From: an uncultured Bdellovibrionales bacterium
Lineage (GTDB): Bacteria; Bdellovibrionota_C; UBA2361; SZUA-149; CAZDWZ01
Length of the DNA: 64,000 bases
Direction: 5' to 3'
Assembly: GCA_964509425.1 (NCBI GenBank)
Contig: CAZDWZ010000008.1
Location: forward strand, 17,011 to 81,010
Made by a program: the position numbers and the translations under genes. The notes under the pieces are model-generated. The model did no database searches and was not told where the DNA came from. It worked only from the letters and a program-made list of their open reading frames with translations. Below are positions 7,857-17,489 of this stretch, piece after piece. Each line of letters starts with the position of its first letter. Position 1 is the stretch's first letter.

Positions 7857-10640
7857 GTGTTTCGATTTATTCTTCGAAAAGCCTTTGGCTCCCAAAATGA
7901 TCGAGAGCTGAAGCAGATTTTCCCGATCATCCATCGTGTGAACGAGCTTGAACCCGCGATGGAGAAACTCACCGACGAGCAGCTCGCCGGGAAAACTTTC
8001 GAGTTCATGCAGCGCCTCGACAACGGGGAACCGCTCGACGACCTCCTTCCGGAGGCGTTTGCCGTCGTTCGCGACGCTTCTCGACGCGTTCTCGGGATGC
8101 GGCATTTCGACGTGCAGCTCATCGGGGGAACTGTTCTCCATCGCGGGAAGATCGCCGAAATGAAAACCGGGGAAGGAAAGACCCTCACGGCGACTCTTCC
8201 GGTGTATCTGAATGCGCTCACGCGCGAAGGCGTTCATCTTGTCACCGTAAACGACTATCTCGCTCGCCGTGACGCGGAGTGGATGGGAAGGATCTACAGC
8301 TTTCTCGGACTCACCACCGGCGTCGTGCTTCATGGTCTTGATCATGCCGAGCGGCAAGCCGCATACAATTGCGACATCACCTACGGTCAGAACAACGAAT
8401 TCGGATTCGACTATCTTCGCGACAACATGAAGGTCGAGCTCGCGGAGAAGGTTCAGCGGGTCCACGCTTTTGCCATCGTGGATGAGGTCGACTCCATTCT
8501 CGTGGACGAAGCCCGAACTCCACTCATCATTTCCGGCCCGAGCGAAAAGGCTGCGGATACCTACGGCGTTGCCGATCAGCTCGTTCGACGACTGACACAG
8601 AATCAGCACTTCTCTGTTGAGCTGAAGACAAAACAAGTCACGCTCACTGACGAAGGCGTCCACTTTATCGAAGACTTGCTGGCGCTCGACAATCTCTACG
8701 AACCGGGAAATATCGAAACGGTGCATCACATTACGCAGGCCCTAAAAGCGCACGTAACGATGCATTTGGATGTGGATTACGTCGTTCGCGACGGACAAGT
8801 CATCATCGTCGACGAATTCACCGGACGTTTAATGCCGGGCCGCCGCTGGTCGGACGGGCTCCATCAAGCAGTCGAAGCCAAGGAAGGCGTACCGATTGCA
8901 CGAGAGAACCAGACGCTTGCGACCATCACGTTCCAGAACTACTTCCGGATGTACAAGAAACTTGCCGGAATGACAGGAACAGCCGACACCGAAGCGGTCG
9001 AATTCCGAAAGATTTACAATCTCGGCGTTGTGGTGATTCCGACGAACCAGCCGATGGTTCGAAAAGACTTTTCCGACGTTGTCTTCGGAACCGAGAAAGG
9101 AAAGTTTGGTGCGGTATGCAAGGAGATCGAAGGACTCGTAAAGCGCGGTCAACCGGTTCTCGTCGGAACCGCGAGTATCGCGAAGTCCGAAGTGCTGAGC
9201 ACATTGCTCCAACGCCAAGGCGTCCGCCATCATGTATTGAATGCCAAACAGCACGAACGTGAGGCCGAGATTGTCGCGCAGGCGGGAAGATTCGGCGCGG
9301 TGACGATTTCCACCAACATGGCGGGCCGAGGTACGGATATTCTTCTCGGCGGAAATCCGGAGTTTCTCGCGGCCGCTGAAGCGGGCACGAAAGACGCGGC
9401 TGATCCGATTTTTCGAGAAAAGCTCGAATACTATCGCCGTCAGTGCGCCGAAGAAAAACAGCGGGTGATCGAGGCAGGCGGATTGCATATTCTCGGGACC
9501 GAGCGTCACGAGAGCCGCCGAATCGATAACCAGCTTCGTGGCCGCGCGGGACGCCAGGGCGACTCGGGAAGCTCCCGTTTCTACGTCTCACTCGAAGATG
9601 ATCTGATGAAGCGCTTCGGCGGTGAGCGCATTCAAGCGATCATGAAGCGCGTCGGGCTTACCGACGAAGATGCGATTGAAGGGAATATCGTCGCTCGTGC
9701 GATCGAAAACGCGCAGAAGAAGGTTGAAGGTCATAACTTTGATATTCGGAAGCACCTCATCGAATACGATGATGTGATGAATAAGCAGCGTCAGGTGATC
9801 TACTCGGAGCGTGAATCAATTCTCCGTGAAGAAGGCACCGAAGAGCGAATCCTCGCTGCCATCCCGGATGTTATCGAAGACATCATTACAACTCGCGCCA
9901 ACGAAAAGGTTGCGCCGCACGAGTGGGATCTTGCCGGCATCGCCACCGAGATCCAAAGAATTTTTGGGCTTCCGGTAGACCTCGAAGCGCTGACCAAGCA
10001 GGCTGAGCACGCGAACCCGACTTTCGCTCAAGAGCTTTTCGAACGCTTCCACGAGGAGGCCATGGCGCGATACCAGGCGCGTGCGAAACACTTCGGTGCC
10101 GAGCGACTGCAGAAGCTGGCACGGATCGTCTTTCTCCAAGCAACAGATTTCTTTTGGAAAGAACATCTCGCGAACATGGATCACCTGAAAGAAGGTATCG
10201 GACTTCGCGGATACGGTCAGAAGAATCCGCTGTATGAGTATCAGCGAGAAGCATTCGAGATGTTTACGAGCATGATGCAAACGATCCGTTCGGGAGTCAT
10301 GCAGAACATTTTTATCCCGGAGCTTCCGAGCGAAGAAGAAATTCACGCGCTCGAAGAACGAGAGCGCGAGCTCCAGCGCCGGAGAGAAGCCGCCGCCAAG
10401 GAAGTTCACGAAAGTGTGGAACCCGCTGCAGAAGCAGAGCGCCCCGATACCCCGATGGAAGGGCTAAATCGGAAGGCGCGTCGTCTTCAGCAGCAGGCAC
10501 AGTCGAAGGGCCAAGATGTTCGTCCGCGCATGGACTATCAGCAGCAGAGCGTTATGAATGCTCCGGGCTCTCGAAATAAGAAGGACGACGCTCGGAAAAA
10601 ATCCAAGCAGGCGAGAAAAGACAGGAAAAAGGCGAGGTAG
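7857..10640 (+). CDS. secA: Preprotein translocase ATPase SecA
   Basis: N-terminus [10 protein letters not shown]...INELEP...LTDEQL, Walker [39 protein letters not shown], and a basic C-terminal tail. 927 aa. Confidence 0.97.
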   Translation: MFRFILRKAFGSQNDRELKQIFPIIHRVNELEPAMEKLTDEQLAGKTFEFMQRLDNGEPLDDLLPEAFAVVRDASRRVLGMRHFDVQLIGGTVLHRGKIAEMKTGEGKTLTATLPVYLNALTREGVHLVTVNDYLARRDAEWMGRIYSFLGLTTGVVLHGLDHAERQAAYNCDITYGQNNEFGFDYLRDNMKVELAEKVQRVHAFAIVDEVDSILVDEARTPLIISGPSEKAADTYGVADQLVRRLTQNQHFSVELKTKQVTLTDEGVHFIEDLLALDNLYEPGNIETVHHITQALKAHVTMHLDVDYVVRDGQVIIVDEFTGRLMPGRRWSDGLHQAVEAKEGVPIARENQTLATITFQNYFRMYKKLAGMTGTADTEAVEFRKIYNLGVVVIPTNQPMVRKDFSDVVFGTEKGKFGAVCKEIEGLVKRGQPVLVGTASIAKSEVLSTLLQRQGVRHHVLNAKQHEREAEIVAQAGRFGAVTISTNMAGRGTDILLGGNPEFLAAAEAGTKDAADPIFREKLEYYRRQCAEEKQRVIEAGGLHILGTERHESRRIDNQLRGRAGRQGDSGSSRFYVSLEDDLMKRFGGERIQAIMKRVGLTDEDAIEGNIVARAIENAQKKVEGHNFDIRKHLIEYDDVMNKQRQVIYSERESILREEGTEERILAAIPDVIEDIITTRANEKVAPHEWDLAGIATEIQRIFGLPVDLEALTKQAEHANPTFAQELFERFHEEAMARYQARAKHFGAERLQKLARIVFLQATDFFWKEHLANMDHLKEGIGLRGYGQKNPLYEYQREAFEMFTSMMQTIRSGVMQNIFIPELPSEEEIHALEERERELQRRREAAAKEVHESVEPAAEAERPDTPMEGLNRKARRLQQQAQSKGQDVRPRMDYQQQSVMNAPGSRNKKDDARKKSKQARKDRKKAR

Positions 10641-10670
10641 TTTCTCGCTGTTCTCTCCGTCCTTCGTGTC

Positions 10671-10698
10671 TCCTCCGGGCTTCGGCCCGGAGGATTTT
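10671..10698 (+). terminator. Rho-independent terminator after secA
   Basis: tcctccgggc-ttcg-gcccggagga stem-loop followed by tttt, about 30 nt after the secA stop. Confidence 0.6.
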
Positions 10699-10911
10699 GA
10701 GTATGATTTCCCAGAAAATCTTTTCTCAAACGTAATCTCCCGTTCATGCGAAGCCCCATCTTTTTCCATCGAAACCAGTTACCGTAACGTTGCGACCATG
10801 TCGCGACCGTTTGGCCCTTCAATCTTCAATCCGTGCTGTGTTTAGACTTTCTTCTCGAGCGACGTTCGCTGGCCCGGGAAAAGAGCAGTCCAGTTTTTAT
10901 GGAGGTGGCCA

Positions 10912-11283
10912 GTGGCCGTGCAGACGTACCCGGTGCAAGGCGATGATGCCGAGCGCCTGAACGCGATTTTCGCCGTTGCGAACTTACCGCGAGTCTCGGG
11001 GACCATTCACGAATTTCACGAGATCCTGCGGTGTCTCGGTGAACGCGATATCGAAGGGCTCTTGAAGGTCGCGGCGAAGATGACCGGAGCGCTCGACCAT
11101 CGTCCCGAGGTGGACCCGGAACCGCAAACGACGTTCGAGGTCGGCGACGTGCTTCAGTTTCGTCGCGCCTCTCAGCTCGTCAGATACGTGGGGCTGCGGT
11201 TTCGCGGCGGTGACGTGACGCTCACGATCGTGCCTGTGCGTCCCGACGCCACGGCGGTGGAGGTCGACGTTCAGACCGACTGA
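10912..11283 (+). CDS. Hypothetical protein
   Basis: 123-codon GTG-start ORF with coding-like G/C-ending codon bias. No motif recognised. A 10-bp stem hairpin (ggaagagagg...cctcttcc) follows. Confidence 0.5.
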   Translation: MAVQTYPVQGDDAERLNAIFAVANLPRVSGTIHEFHEILRCLGERDIEGLLKVAAKMTGALDHRPEVDPEPQTTFEVGDVLQFRRASQLVRYVGLRFRGGDVTLTIVPVRPDATAVEVDVQTD

Positions 11284-11467
11284 GAGATGCTGAAACGGCC
11301 GGAGGAAGAGAGGTTAAATGGCGTTTACTGCCTCTCTTCCCCCGAACAAACAATTCGTTGCTTTGTGAAGCCGGAGCCCCAGCGTGCCGTTCTCGTGTTT
11401 CCCTTGGCTTTGATGGCGCCCGGCGGGTTGTGTTAACCCTGTGTCACGCGGAAATCCGCGAGGTGTC

Positions 11468-12667
11468 ATGAAAAAAATTTATTTAAAGAATGGACGCGAC
11501 TTCTCGGTGCGGAAACGGCATCCCTGGATCTTCTCCGGCGCGATTGCCCGAGGCGCGGATGCGGTCCAGGATGGTGAGCTCGTCCGGGTTTTGGCGGAGA
11601 ACAAAGATTTTCTGGGCTTGGGTCACTTCTCCAAAGCGGGGAGCATCGCGGTCAAGATGCTGAGCACCGAAGACGAGGAAATCAACTCCAGCTTCTGGAC
11701 GGGGAGGATCCGCAGCGCTGCTGAGTATCGGAAGCGGCTCGGGTTTCCAAATCAGACAACCAATGCTTTTCGGCTCGTCCACGGCGAAGGGGATAAGCTG
11801 CCCGGTCTCATTATCGATTACTACGCCGGAGTTTGCGTCCTTCAAGCCCAATCTCGTGGAATGTATCTCGCGAGAGAGGAACTCGCTCAGTCTCTCCAAG
11901 TAATCTTCGGCTCGGAGCTTCGAGCAGTGGTGGACCGGAGTGTTTCAGGAGCAAGCGCTTCCGAGGACGGCGACGACTCCAAACGAGGGAACTTTCTTTA
12001 CGGGGACATCGGAAAGACCGAGATTCTCGAGTCGAAAATTGTCTATGCCGTAGATTGCGTCCTCGGACAAAAAACTGGATTTTTTCTCGACCAGCGTGAC
12101 AACAGAAAAATTATCGGTGAGCTCTCCTCGAATAAAACCGTTCTGAACGCTTTTTGCTACAGCGGAGGTTTCTCGATGGCGGCACTTGCCGGAGGGGCGA
12201 AAAGTGTTACCTCCTTGGATAGCTCCGATAAGGCGCTCGCACTCCTCGAAGAAAATTTGCGTTTGAATGCTTCATCCGGAAATTTCCCGGGTGACGTTCA
12301 GCACACGACCATCGAAGAAGATTTTCTCAGATACATGCAGAACATCGAGTCACCGTTTGAGGTGATTGTTCTCGACCCTCCGGCGTTTGCGAAACACCGG
12401 AAGTCTCTCGACTCGGGGCTGAGGGGGTATAGGAGCATCAACACCGCGGCGCTCCGAGCGGTTACCCCTGGCGGTTTCCTCGCAACGTTCTCGTGCTCGC
12501 AGCTGGTCAGCCGGGATGATTTCAAAGGCGTCATCGCCGAAGCGGCTCTCAAAGCTGAGCGAGAGGTGCGAATTGTCAGGGAATTCCATCAAGCCCCCTG
12601 CCACCCCGTCGACCTCTTTCACCCCGAGGGAGAGTATTTGAAGGGCTTTCTGCTTCAGGTTCGTTGA
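11468..12667 (+). CDS. Class I SAM-dependent rRNA (cytosine-C5) methyltransferase, RlmI-like (PUA + MTase)
   Basis: N-terminus KNGRDFSVRKRHPWIFSGAI, AFCYSGGFS (SAM-binding loop) and VLDPPAFAK (motif IV). Start placed at ATG 11468. Confidence 0.85.
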   Translation: MKKIYLKNGRDFSVRKRHPWIFSGAIARGADAVQDGELVRVLAENKDFLGLGHFSKAGSIAVKMLSTEDEEINSSFWTGRIRSAAEYRKRLGFPNQTTNAFRLVHGEGDKLPGLIIDYYAGVCVLQAQSRGMYLAREELAQSLQVIFGSELRAVVDRSVSGASASEDGDDSKRGNFLYGDIGKTEILESKIVYAVDCVLGQKTGFFLDQRDNRKIIGELSSNKTVLNAFCYSGGFSMAALAGGAKSVTSLDSSDKALALLEENLRLNASSGNFPGDVQHTTIEEDFLRYMQNIESPFEVIVLDPPAFAKHRKSLDSGLRGYRSINTAALRAVTPGGFLATFSCSQLVSRDDFKGVIAEAALKAEREVRIVREFHQAPCHPVDLFHPEGEYLKGFLLQVR

Positions 12668-12803
12668 CGCGAGGGGGATAAACTCCGTCGGGTCTAAGAT
12701 AATTGGCGGCCCTAAGCTCATAACCGTCCATAACAATTGAAATTAGTGGCCGAATACCAGCAGAATAACTAAATAATAGGTTTTCAAAGGCCGTCTATTC
12801 TCA

Positions 12804-15245
12804 GTGAGCGGATATTCACTCATCTCTGAAGTTCTGAAGCGTTTCTCGCGATTCCGGCGGGTTAACCTCCTTTTGTCGCTGCTCGCCCCCTTGTTGCTGC
12901 TCGCTCTCGCCGTTTTGCTCGCTCAAAGCGACCTTTTGAAAGCCCCCTTTCTTCTTCTCGCCGGAGCCGGGTTCGGACTCCTCGTCGTAATTCTGGTTCG
13001 TGAGGCGAGAGGTTTGTTCGCGCCGGTGAAGCTCCCCGAGGCGGCAGCCTTCGTCGATGAAAAGCTAGAAGGAAAGGAAAGATTCCTGACCCTCGCTTCC
13101 GTTCAAGACCGCGAGCTTCCCGCGAAAGAGCTCGCTCTCATCGAGGAACAGGCAGACTCTCTCGCGGGACGGTTTAACCTCACTCAAGATGCGCCGTTTG
13201 AGCTTCATCGTTCTGCGCGAGTCTCGGCGGTGCTTTCTCCGGTCCTTCTCGGACTCTTACTCTTGTTACTCGTCGCTCCTTGGAAAGAAGAGGAAATTAG
13301 ACTTCCAAAGTCGGAAGAATCGCTGAAGGCGCCTGAAGCCAACGCCATTCGAGAGCTCGTTGAACAAAGTCCCGATCTCCCCGAACCGCTCAAGGATTCA
13401 CTGAATACTCTGGCGGATGCCGTAGAGGAACAGGGCTTGAAGTCCGAAGAGGTTTCGCAGCAGCTGGAAGAGCTCGAGAGCGATGTGAAAGAAGTTGAAG
13501 AAAAAATCGAGCAGCAGAATCAGGAAGTGAAGCCGGAGGACGAGAAGACGGAAGCAAAGCGTCCCGAGACGAGATCGGATTCAAAAGACCCCGGCGATCC
13601 AAATGCAAAGCTTCCGCGATCGGATAGCCCGGACGATTCGAAGGAAAGGAAACAGCCGGAAGAGAAGCAGCAATCCGAAGAGAAAAAATCAGAAACGCAA
13701 AAACACGAAGGGAAAAAAGGATCCGAGGAGAAATCCGCCGACAAGAAGTCTGAGGAGAAAAAATCCGAAGAGGAGAATTCCGCGAAGAAAGAGGAACAAG
13801 GCAAAGAAGAGAAGGAAGAAAAGAAGCAGCCGAGTTCTGAACAACAACCGGGAGGTTCCGAGAGCTCGGAGCAGCAAGGCGGAGACGGAAAGAAACAAGA
13901 ATCTTCCGATCAGACCGGTGAGCAGCAGAAGAACGACCAAGGCACCGAAGAGAAAGGTCAGAAGGAAAACTCGGGCGAAAAACAAGAAGCTCCAGGAGAG
14001 AAAAATTCCGAAGACAAACCATCCGGAGATCAAGCTCAGCAAACCGAGCCGAAGGGAGAACAACAAGATGATCCGAAGAAGGATCAGACTGGTGTCGGCG
14101 AAGGAAAGGGCAAGGGTAGCTCGGGCGACAAGAAGGAGCAGAAAGGCGAAACCCAATCCGGCAGTGACGATCGCGGCGCAAAAGAAGGAGACGCCAAGAA
14201 CCAACAAAAGGAAGGGAGTCAGTCAGGATCTGATTCCGGGCAGCAAGACAGCCAAGAAGGAAAGAAAGGCCCGAAACCCGGCGACAAACAGGAAGAAGGT
14301 GCTGAAGGCTCGGGAAAATCTCCCGACGGGAAAAAAGATTCCGGCAAAAAAGATTCTAAAACTGGAGATGCAAAGTCTCAGCTCGAAAACGTTAAAAGCC
14401 GGCTCGAAGAGCTGAAAGATAAATCGTCTGAAGAGCAGAATGCCGAAGGGAAAGAAGGCTCTCAGCCAAGCGAGCAAGGAAAACAGGAAGACAAACCCCG
14501 AAAACAGCCGCAGTCCGGAAAAAGCCCGTCAGAAGATAAACAATCTCCGGGAGAAAAAGGCGAGAAGGGCGAGAAGGGAGAAAAAGGCGAGAAAGGCGGT
14601 AAGAAGCCCGACGAAAAATCCGGCGAGAAGCAAGACAAAGGGCAGAGCGGAAAGCAGCAAGAGAAGTCGGAAGGTCAGGAAAAGGGCGAGTCCGAACAGG
14701 GTTCGCAGCCTGGGGAGAAGCCGGGAAGTAAATCCGAGAAAGGCGAGAAAGGTGAGCGCGGTGAAAAGGGACAGAAGTCCGATAGACCCGCAGACTCTGC
14801 AAAGGACGGCTCCAATCAGTCCGAGCAGCAGAGCAAAGATATGCAAGGAAAGCGCCCCGCAAACGAGGGGAAGAACGAAGCAAAAGATGTCGGTGATGAC
14901 TCCGACTCCGATGTCGCTCCGATGGATCCGAAAGGCAAAGACACGAGCAAGGCCGCTGAGAAACGGCCCGTACCAAGCGATGAAGGAGAGCGCCCCGGAC
15001 CGTTTGGCGGCGGAGATGAAGGTATTCTGCAAGAGAAGGATAGATCGGTAAGCTCTGTTGCGATTCCGCAGGAGGAAAAGATTGTGGTGCGAGATCTCGG
15101 ACAGTCGGATGGCAAGCTTTACAAAAATCCGAATCAGGCAAAGGCGAAAACAGGACTTGATGCCGTAGCTTTTGAGAAGCCGAAGGCGGAAGTCGCGGAG
15201 TCGTCGCAGCCGATTCCGGTGGAGTACCGCGATCTTCTGCGATAG
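12804..15245 (+). CDS. Membrane protein with a ~570-aa K/E/S/G/Q/D low-complexity region (DUF4175-like by context and C-terminal motif)
   Basis: Three hydrophobic helices lie in the first ~165 aa. A long polyampholyte stretch follows, including GEKGEKGEKGEKGGK. The C-terminus is SSQPIPVEYRDLLR. It lies directly upstream of the MoxR/vWA cluster. Confidence 0.7.
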   Translation: MSGYSLISEVLKRFSRFRRVNLLLSLLAPLLLLALAVLLAQSDLLKAPFLLLAGAGFGLLVVILVREARGLFAPVKLPEAAAFVDEKLEGKERFLTLASVQDRELPAKELALIEEQADSLAGRFNLTQDAPFELHRSARVSAVLSPVLLGLLLLLLVAPWKEEEIRLPKSEESLKAPEANAIRELVEQSPDLPEPLKDSLNTLADAVEEQGLKSEEVSQQLEELESDVKEVEEKIEQQNQEVKPEDEKTEAKRPETRSDSKDPGDPNAKLPRSDSPDDSKERKQPEEKQQSEEKKSETQKHEGKKGSEEKSADKKSEEKKSEEENSAKKEEQGKEEKEEKKQPSSEQQPGGSESSEQQGGDGKKQESSDQTGEQQKNDQGTEEKGQKENSGEKQEAPGEKNSEDKPSGDQAQQTEPKGEQQDDPKKDQTGVGEGKGKGSSGDKKEQKGETQSGSDDRGAKEGDAKNQQKEGSQSGSDSGQQDSQEGKKGPKPGDKQEEGAEGSGKSPDGKKDSGKKDSKTGDAKSQLENVKSRLEELKDKSSEEQNAEGKEGSQPSEQGKQEDKPRKQPQSGKSPSEDKQSPGEKGEKGEKGEKGEKGGKKPDEKSGEKQDKGQSGKQQEKSEGQEKGESEQGSQPGEKPGSKSEKGEKGERGEKGQKSDRPADSAKDGSNQSEQQSKDMQGKRPANEGKNEAKDVGDDSDSDVAPMDPKGKDTSKAAEKRPVPSDEGERPGPFGGGDEGILQEKDRSVSSVAIPQEEKIVVRDLGQSDGKLYKNPNQAKAKTGLDAVAFEKPKAEVAESSQPIPVEYRDLLR

Positions 15246-15272
15246 CGAAGAACATGGGGCAGAGCAGCATTA

Positions 15273-15516
15273 CTCTCAGTCTCAGTCTCAGTCTCTGTCT
15301 TGGTCTCTATTTCGATTCTCTGTCTCGGTCTTGATTTCTCAGTCTCTGCCTCTACCTCGGTGTTTTGTTGACGGAGACGGAGACGGAGCGGGGGAGATAG
15401 AGATGGAGGCAGAGAGCGAGTAAAGAGATTGAGACTGAGAGTTGAGATAGAGACCGAGACCAAGACTGAGACTGGGATGGAGCCTGAGACGGAGACTGAG
15501 AATTGAGACTGAGGCT
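15273..15516. repeat. Long imperfect inverted repeat (hairpin) built from degenerate hexamers, CTCAGT-type on the left arm and GAGACT-type on the right arm
   Basis: Complementary blocks keep register: 15277-15287 with 15464-15474, 15297-15310 with 15447-15466, and 15343-15352 (tctctgcctc) with 15406-15415 (gaggcagaga). The centre is near 15361-15372. Confidence 0.8.
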
Positions 15517-15601
15517 AATCGCGGACCAGAGAAAGCTGACCAAAGCTTCCGCCCTGTGATAACACTGCGGCTTTCGATGAGTAATTAGGAGGATCACAGA
15601 G

Positions 15602-16609
15602 ATGACCCAAACCACGGGTGCTGAAAGGCTCCAGCAAGAGGTGGAGGAGTTTCGCGAACATTTTCGGGCTGTGGAGCAGGAAGTTGCTCGAGCAATCGTG
15701 GGAATGAACGAGGTCGTGCAGTTTACGCTCGCGGCATTGTTCGCGGGTGGTCACGTCCTTCTCGAAGGCGCACCAGGACTTGGGAAAACTCTCCTTATCA
15801 AATCCATCGGGGATGCACTGGGACTGACCTTTCACCGGATTCAGTTCACCTCCGACCTCATGCCCAGTGATATCACTGGAACTCAAGTGCTCACGGAAGA
15901 TGAGAACGGGCGGAGACGTTTCGTTTTTCAACAAGGACCAATCTTCGCAAATATCGTGCTCGCCGATGAAGTAAATCGTGCCGGACCAAAAACTCAGTCT
16001 GCGCTCTTAGAAGCGATGGAAGAAAAACAAGTGAGCACGCTCGGCGTCTCCCGCCCGCTCCCACAACCATTTTTCGTGCTTGCAACTCAGAATCCGATCG
16101 AGCTGGAAGGAACGTATCCTCTTCCAGAAGCGCAGCTTGATCGATTTCTTTTCAAGCTCCTCGTGCCGCTTCCCTCCAGCAACGAGTTGAAGGAGATCCT
16201 GGCCCGAACGACCGGAGGTGTTCGCGTTACTATCGAACGAATTTTCCCTGCGGAGAAAAGTGCAGAGACATTGCTTCGAATGCGTGAGCTCGTCCGCCGG
16301 GTTGTCGTCGCATCGCCGCTTCAAGACGCTATCGTCGGCACCATGTTCGCGCTGACTCCCGGAACTGAGCAGTGCACCGATCGGGTGAAAGATTACGTCC
16401 GATTCGGTCCGGGTCCTCGAGGAGCGCAGTCCGTCCTCCTTGCCGCGAAGGTGTTCGCGCTTCTCGACAATCGACTCAATCTTTCCTACCGGGATATCAA
16501 GCAGGCCCTCGTCCCCGCGCTCAGGCACCGCATCATTCTCAACTATCAGGCAGAAGCCGAAGGAGTTACGACGGATCAGCTCATTCAAGAAGTCAGCGAC
16601 GCGTCGTGA
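15602..16609 (+). CDS. MoxR-like AAA+ ATPase
   Basis: Walker A LLEGAPGLGKT, Walker B LADEVNRA, and VLATQNPIELEGTYPLPEAQLDRF, typical of MoxR/RavA-type ATPases. Confidence 0.93.
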   Translation: MTQTTGAERLQQEVEEFREHFRAVEQEVARAIVGMNEVVQFTLAALFAGGHVLLEGAPGLGKTLLIKSIGDALGLTFHRIQFTSDLMPSDITGTQVLTEDENGRRRFVFQQGPIFANIVLADEVNRAGPKTQSALLEAMEEKQVSTLGVSRPLPQPFFVLATQNPIELEGTYPLPEAQLDRFLFKLLVPLPSSNELKEILARTTGGVRVTIERIFPAEKSAETLLRMRELVRRVVVASPLQDAIVGTMFALTPGTEQCTDRVKDYVRFGPGPRGAQSVLLAAKVFALLDNRLNLSYRDIKQALVPALRHRIILNYQAEAEGVTTDQLIQEVSDAS

Positions 16610-16613
16610 GGTT

Positions 16614-17489
16614 ATGCAAGATCCATTCATTGGACCATTTTTCCGCCGCCTAGAACGACTCCGGGTGAGAACCCGGCGTTCTACATTGGGCACGCGGCAG
16701 GGATCGCACCTCTCATTGAGAAGAGGACAAGGTCTGGAGTTTTCTGATTACCGGCAATACTCAGCCGGCGACGATTTCCGGCATATCGATTGGAATGTCT
16801 ACGGCAGGACCGATCGAGTCTACGTGAAGCAGTTTCGGGCGGAGCACAATCTTGAAGTTGTCGTCCTGCTCGACGGAAGCGCATCGATGGGGCTTCCGGA
16901 GAAAGAAGGGAAATTCGACCTCGCGCGGAATATCGCTTTATCCCTCGGCTATGTTGCGCTTTCAGACGGCGACACCGTGCAGTTTTCCGTTCTCGGTCAC
17001 AAAAATACTCCGAGATTTTTCGGTCCGGCTTCCTTTCCTCGCGCGCAGGAAGAGCTCCTTCGTATAACTCCCGCCGGTAATTTTTCGCTTCGATCTGAAA
17101 TGCGAGCGGCGGTCGCCGGGCAAAAGCACCCGGCTCGATGTTATCTCATCTCCGATTTTTTGATGCCGCACGAAGAACAGATTGAATCTCTCGACTTTCT
17201 TCGAGCCAAAAATTTCGACATTGCGGTGATTCAAATAATCGCCCCCTCGGAACTGTCTTTAGAGGTTTCGAAGATAGGAACCATGGTCGATGTAGAAACC
17301 GGAGAGGAGATCGAGCTCATCCTCGATTCGTCATCGGTGCAGGAATACGCGTACGAGCTCGGAAACCACGTCGAAAAGCTCGAGCAGTTTTGCAAGAAGA
17401 CTGGAATTCAACATTTGGTTCTCTCGAGTTCCGAGAGCCTTTCCGAGATCGTGCTGAATAAATTTCCTCGTGCAGGATTACTGCAATGA
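16614..17489 (+). CDS. DUF58-family protein (vWA-like partner of MoxR)
   Basis: GQGLEFSDYRQYSAGDDFRHIDWNVYGRTDRVYVKQF is the DUF58 signature. Start placed at ATG 16614, 5 nt after the moxR stop; the ORF opens at 16440 inside moxR. Confidence 0.85.
   Translation: MQDPFIGPFFRRLERLRVRTRRSTLGTRQGSHLSLRRGQGLEFSDYRQYSAGDDFRHIDWNVYGRTDRVYVKQFRAEHNLEVVVLLDGSASMGLPEKEGKFDLARNIALSLGYVALSDGDTVQFSVLGHKNTPRFFGPASFPRAQEELLRITPAGNFSLRSEMRAAVAGQKHPARCYLISDFLMPHEEQIESLDFLRAKNFDIAVIQIIAPSELSLEVSKIGTMVDVETGEEIELILDSSSVQEYAYELGNHVEKLEQFCKKTGIQHLVLSSSESLSEIVLNKFPRAGLLQ

Noticed and set aside
7842-8729. 295-aa minus-strand ORF, and several other 60-226-aa ORFs, inside the secA region
   Set aside because: They are entirely antisense or off-frame to an unmistakable secA. 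No motifs are present. They are typical shadow ORFs of a moderately GC-rich gene.
13390-15270. Multiple long ORFs (263, 292, 270, 203, 172 and 167 aa) on both strands over the low-complexity gene
   Set aside because: They are artefacts of the purine-rich periodic sequence. The products are Arg/Ser/Leu/Phe-rich nonsense. Only the 12804-15245 frame has TM helices and an ordered C-terminus.
15134-15463. ORFs of 109 aa (-), 83 aa (+) and 87 aa (-) in the moxR-upstream gap
   Set aside because: They translate the hexamer hairpin (ETETETE / SQSQSQS). The open frames are a by-product of the 6-nt periodicity.
16007-16693. 228-aa minus-strand ORF
   Set aside because: It is antisense to moxR.
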